A stretch of DNA of 32,000 nt from Mycolicibacterium smegmatis (GTDB lineage: Bacteria > Actinomycetota > Actinomycetes > Mycobacteriales > Mycobacteriaceae): the NCBI RefSeq assembly GCF_001457595.1, contig NZ_LN831039.1:4230001-4262000 (forward strand), in the 5' to 3' direction. Positions 30,165 through 32,000 of this stretch are shown here, piece after piece. Positions within the stretch are counted from its first letter, which is position 1; each line of letters opens with the position of its first letter. The translations under genes and the position numbers were made by a program. The notes under the pieces were generated by a model that worked only from the letters and a program-made list of their open reading frames with translations, was not told the origin of the DNA and made no database searches.

Positions 30165-31043
30165 GTGACATCGTCGTATCCCCCCGTCGGCCGGCCCGCC
30201 GACCTGCCCGAACTGGAGAACGCCATCGTCGTGGCGGCGTTCGAGGGCTGGAATGACGCCGGTGACGCGGCAAGTGACGCGCTGGACCATCTGGATGCGA
30301 TCTGGGAAGCCGAGACGATCGTCGAGATCGATGACGAGTCGTATTACGACTATCAGGTCAACCGACCGGTGATCCGCCAGGTCGACGGCGTGACGCGCGA
30401 GCTCGTGTGGCCGTCGATGCGGATCTCGTACTGCCGCCCGCCGGGCAGTGACCGTGACGTGGTGCTCATGCACGGCGTCGAACCGAACATGCGCTGGCGG
30501 ACCTTCTGTGCCGAACTGCTCGCGATCGCCGACAAGCTCAACGTGCAGACCGTGGTGATCCTCGGCGCGCTGCTGGCCGATACGCCCCACACCCGCCCCG
30601 TGCCGGTGTCAGGGGCCGCGTACTCGGCCGAGTCGGCCAAGTTCTTCGGCCTCGAAGAGACCCGCTACGAGGGCCCGACCGGGATCGCCGGGGTGTTCCA
30701 GGACGCGTGCGTGCAGGCCGGGATCCCGGCGGTGACGTTCTGGGCCGCGATCCCCCACTACGTGTCACAGCCGCCGAACCCCAAGGCGACGGTCGCGTTG
30801 CTGCAGCGGGTCGAGGACGTCCTCGACGTCGAGGTGCCGCTGGCCGACCTGCCGCAGCAGGCCGAGGAGTGGGAGGCCGCGGTCACCGAGATGACGGCCG
30901 AGGACGAGGAGATCGCCGAGTACGTCACCTCGCTGGAGCAGCGCGGCGACGCCGAGGTCGACCTGCACGAGGTGTTGGGCAAGATCGACGGCGACGCGCT
31001 GGCGGCGGAGTTCGAGCGCTACCTGCGGCGCAGGGGCCGCTAG
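30165..31043 (+). CDS. PAC2 (proteasome assembly chaperone)-family protein, about 292 aa, GTG start inferred
   Basis: LENAIVVAAFEGWNDAGDAASDALDHL, YYDYQVNRPVIRQVDG, VLMHGVEPNMRWRTFCAELLAIA, VVILGALLADTPHTRPVPVSG, ETRYEGPTGIAGVFQDAC. Confidence 0.85.
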   Translation: MTSSYPPVGRPADLPELENAIVVAAFEGWNDAGDAASDALDHLDAIWEAETIVEIDDESYYDYQVNRPVIRQVDGVTRELVWPSMRISYCRPPGSDRDVVLMHGVEPNMRWRTFCAELLAIADKLNVQTVVILGALLADTPHTRPVPVSGAAYSAESAKFFGLEETRYEGPTGIAGVFQDACVQAGIPAVTFWAAIPHYVSQPPNPKATVALLQRVEDVLDVEVPLADLPQQAEEWEAAVTEMTAEDEEIAEYVTSLEQRGDAEVDLHEVLGKIDGDALAAEFERYLRRRGR

Positions 31044-32000
31044 ATCTTCTCGGGCTTGGGTGCCTGCCACGTGCCGTTGAGCGCGTCCGGCTTGGGCCAG
31101 TAGAGCCGCAGGACCAGCGTGAACGGCCCCTTGGGCGCGGGCAGCCAGTTGGCCTCGTTCTCCGGTGGCTGGGTGTTCTGGATGCGCAGCGTGTAGGCGC
31201 CGTCCGGGTCGGGCACCAGGCTGGGCAGCATCTCGGAGTTGATCAGGTACCGGTCGATGGGATTGTCGACGAGTTGGCTGGACGGCAGCTCGTACATGGT
31301 CAGCGACCAGAACGCGTTGACAGGCGGCAACTGATCGGGCGCGAACCGGTAGGTGTAGGAGTTGGTGCCGGTCAGCGGCTGTCCGTCGGCGTCGAGCATC
31401 GCCGACGGGTACAGGGCCTCGGCCGCGGTGTTGCCGTAGATGCCCAGGACCGCGCCGGCCATGCGATACAGGTAGTTGCCCTTGAGGTCGTCGGCCGTGC
31501 CGAACAACTGCGCCGACCCGACCTCGCCGGTGTCCACCTTGTCCTGCTTGAACCGGTCGAACTCGACCCACGCGTTGGCCATACCGTCCTCGATCGCCTC
31601 GCGGGTCTCAGGGCTCAGCTTGTCTGCGTCGAAATCACCGTCGGGCCCGATCCCGATGCGCGCGAAACGGTCGCGCATCTCCTGCTCCTCGGGCTTGACC
31701 GGGGCGAACCGCAGCGCGGCGTTGAGGATCTCGAAGAACTGCGGCGAGGTCTTCTGCGCCTCGGGCGTCAGGGGCGGGGTGAAGTCGATGGGCGGGGCCG
31801 CGGGCGGCGACGACTGCTTGAGATACACCGACAGTGGCGCCACCTGATAGCCGGCCTGGATCTTCTTGACGTTGTCCAGGTCACGCGGTCCGAACAGTTG
31901 CGTGCGGTACAGCACGAACGCCAGGTCGGTGTCGGAGCGGATGATCTGGTCGACCCCCTCGGGTTTCTCACCCTCCCAGCCCGGCCCGGCCAGCAGGTAC
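31040..32000 (-). CDS. DUF1254/DUF1214-like protein, N-terminus off the right edge
   Basis: Minus-strand reading from 32000: YLLAGPGWEGEKPEGVDQIIRSDTDLAFVLYRTQLFGPRDLDNVKKIQAGYQV...NAFWSLTMYELPSSQLVDNPIDRYLINS...NWLPAPKGPFTLVLRLYWPKP. Confidence 0.8.
   Translation of the reverse strand, partial: YLLAGPGWEGEKPEGVDQIIRSDTDLAFVLYRTQLFGPRDLDNVKKIQAGYQVAPLSVYLKQSSPPAAPPIDFTPPLTPEAQKTSPQFFEILNAALRFAPVKPEEQEMRDRFARIGIGPDGDFDADKLSPETREAIEDGMANAWVEFDRFKQDKVDTGEVGSAQLFGTADDLKGNYLYRMAGAVLGIYGNTAAEALYPSAMLDADGQPLTGTNSYTYRFAPDQLPPVNAFWSLTMYELPSSQLVDNPIDRYLINSEMLPSLVPDPDGAYTLRIQNTQPPENEANWLPAPKGPFTLVLRLYWPKPDALNGTWQAPKPEKI

Overview
Actinobacterial window, most likely a Mycobacterium/Mycolicibacterium related to M. 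smegmatis (inferred from the hisG-hisE-glcP-like-HAD-metH-PAC2 block; no database search was run). It has three parts. (1) About 1-14.7 kb: a dense gene cluster that looks catabolic. It encodes an aspartase-like lyase (runs off the left edge), a VOC protein, a histidinol-dehydrogenase-family enzyme, an MFS transporter, an OYE/2,4-dienoyl-CoA-reductase-like Fe-S flavoenzyme, two GMC oxidoreductases, a PucR-family regulator, a divergent ThDP-dependent acetolactate-synthase-like enzyme, a 55-aa single-TM peptide and an aldo/keto reductase. I cannot assign a substrate. (2) About 15.3-18.1 kb: a nested transposon. An IS30-family element (15634-17088; 28-bp imperfect IRs; 3-bp TTG target duplication) interrupts the transposase orfB of an IS3-family element (15295-18104). 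Removing 15631-17088 restores a 313-codon orfB in frame. Copies of a palindrome-containing ~59-bp sequence lie on both sides of this nest. (3) About 18.1-32 kb: mostly ordinary genes, comprising an ArsR/SRPBCC/flavodoxin-like operon, a MerA-like flavoprotein, DUF4126, hisG, hisE, a glcP-like transporter, a HAD phosphatase, an NmrA-like protein, metH, a PAC2 protein and a DUF1254/DUF1214-like protein (partial). I found no CRISPR array, tRNA or rRNA. The items most worth follow-up are the unassigned pathway, the cysteine-motif difference between the two GMC paralogs, and the duplicated palindrome flanking the nested IS.
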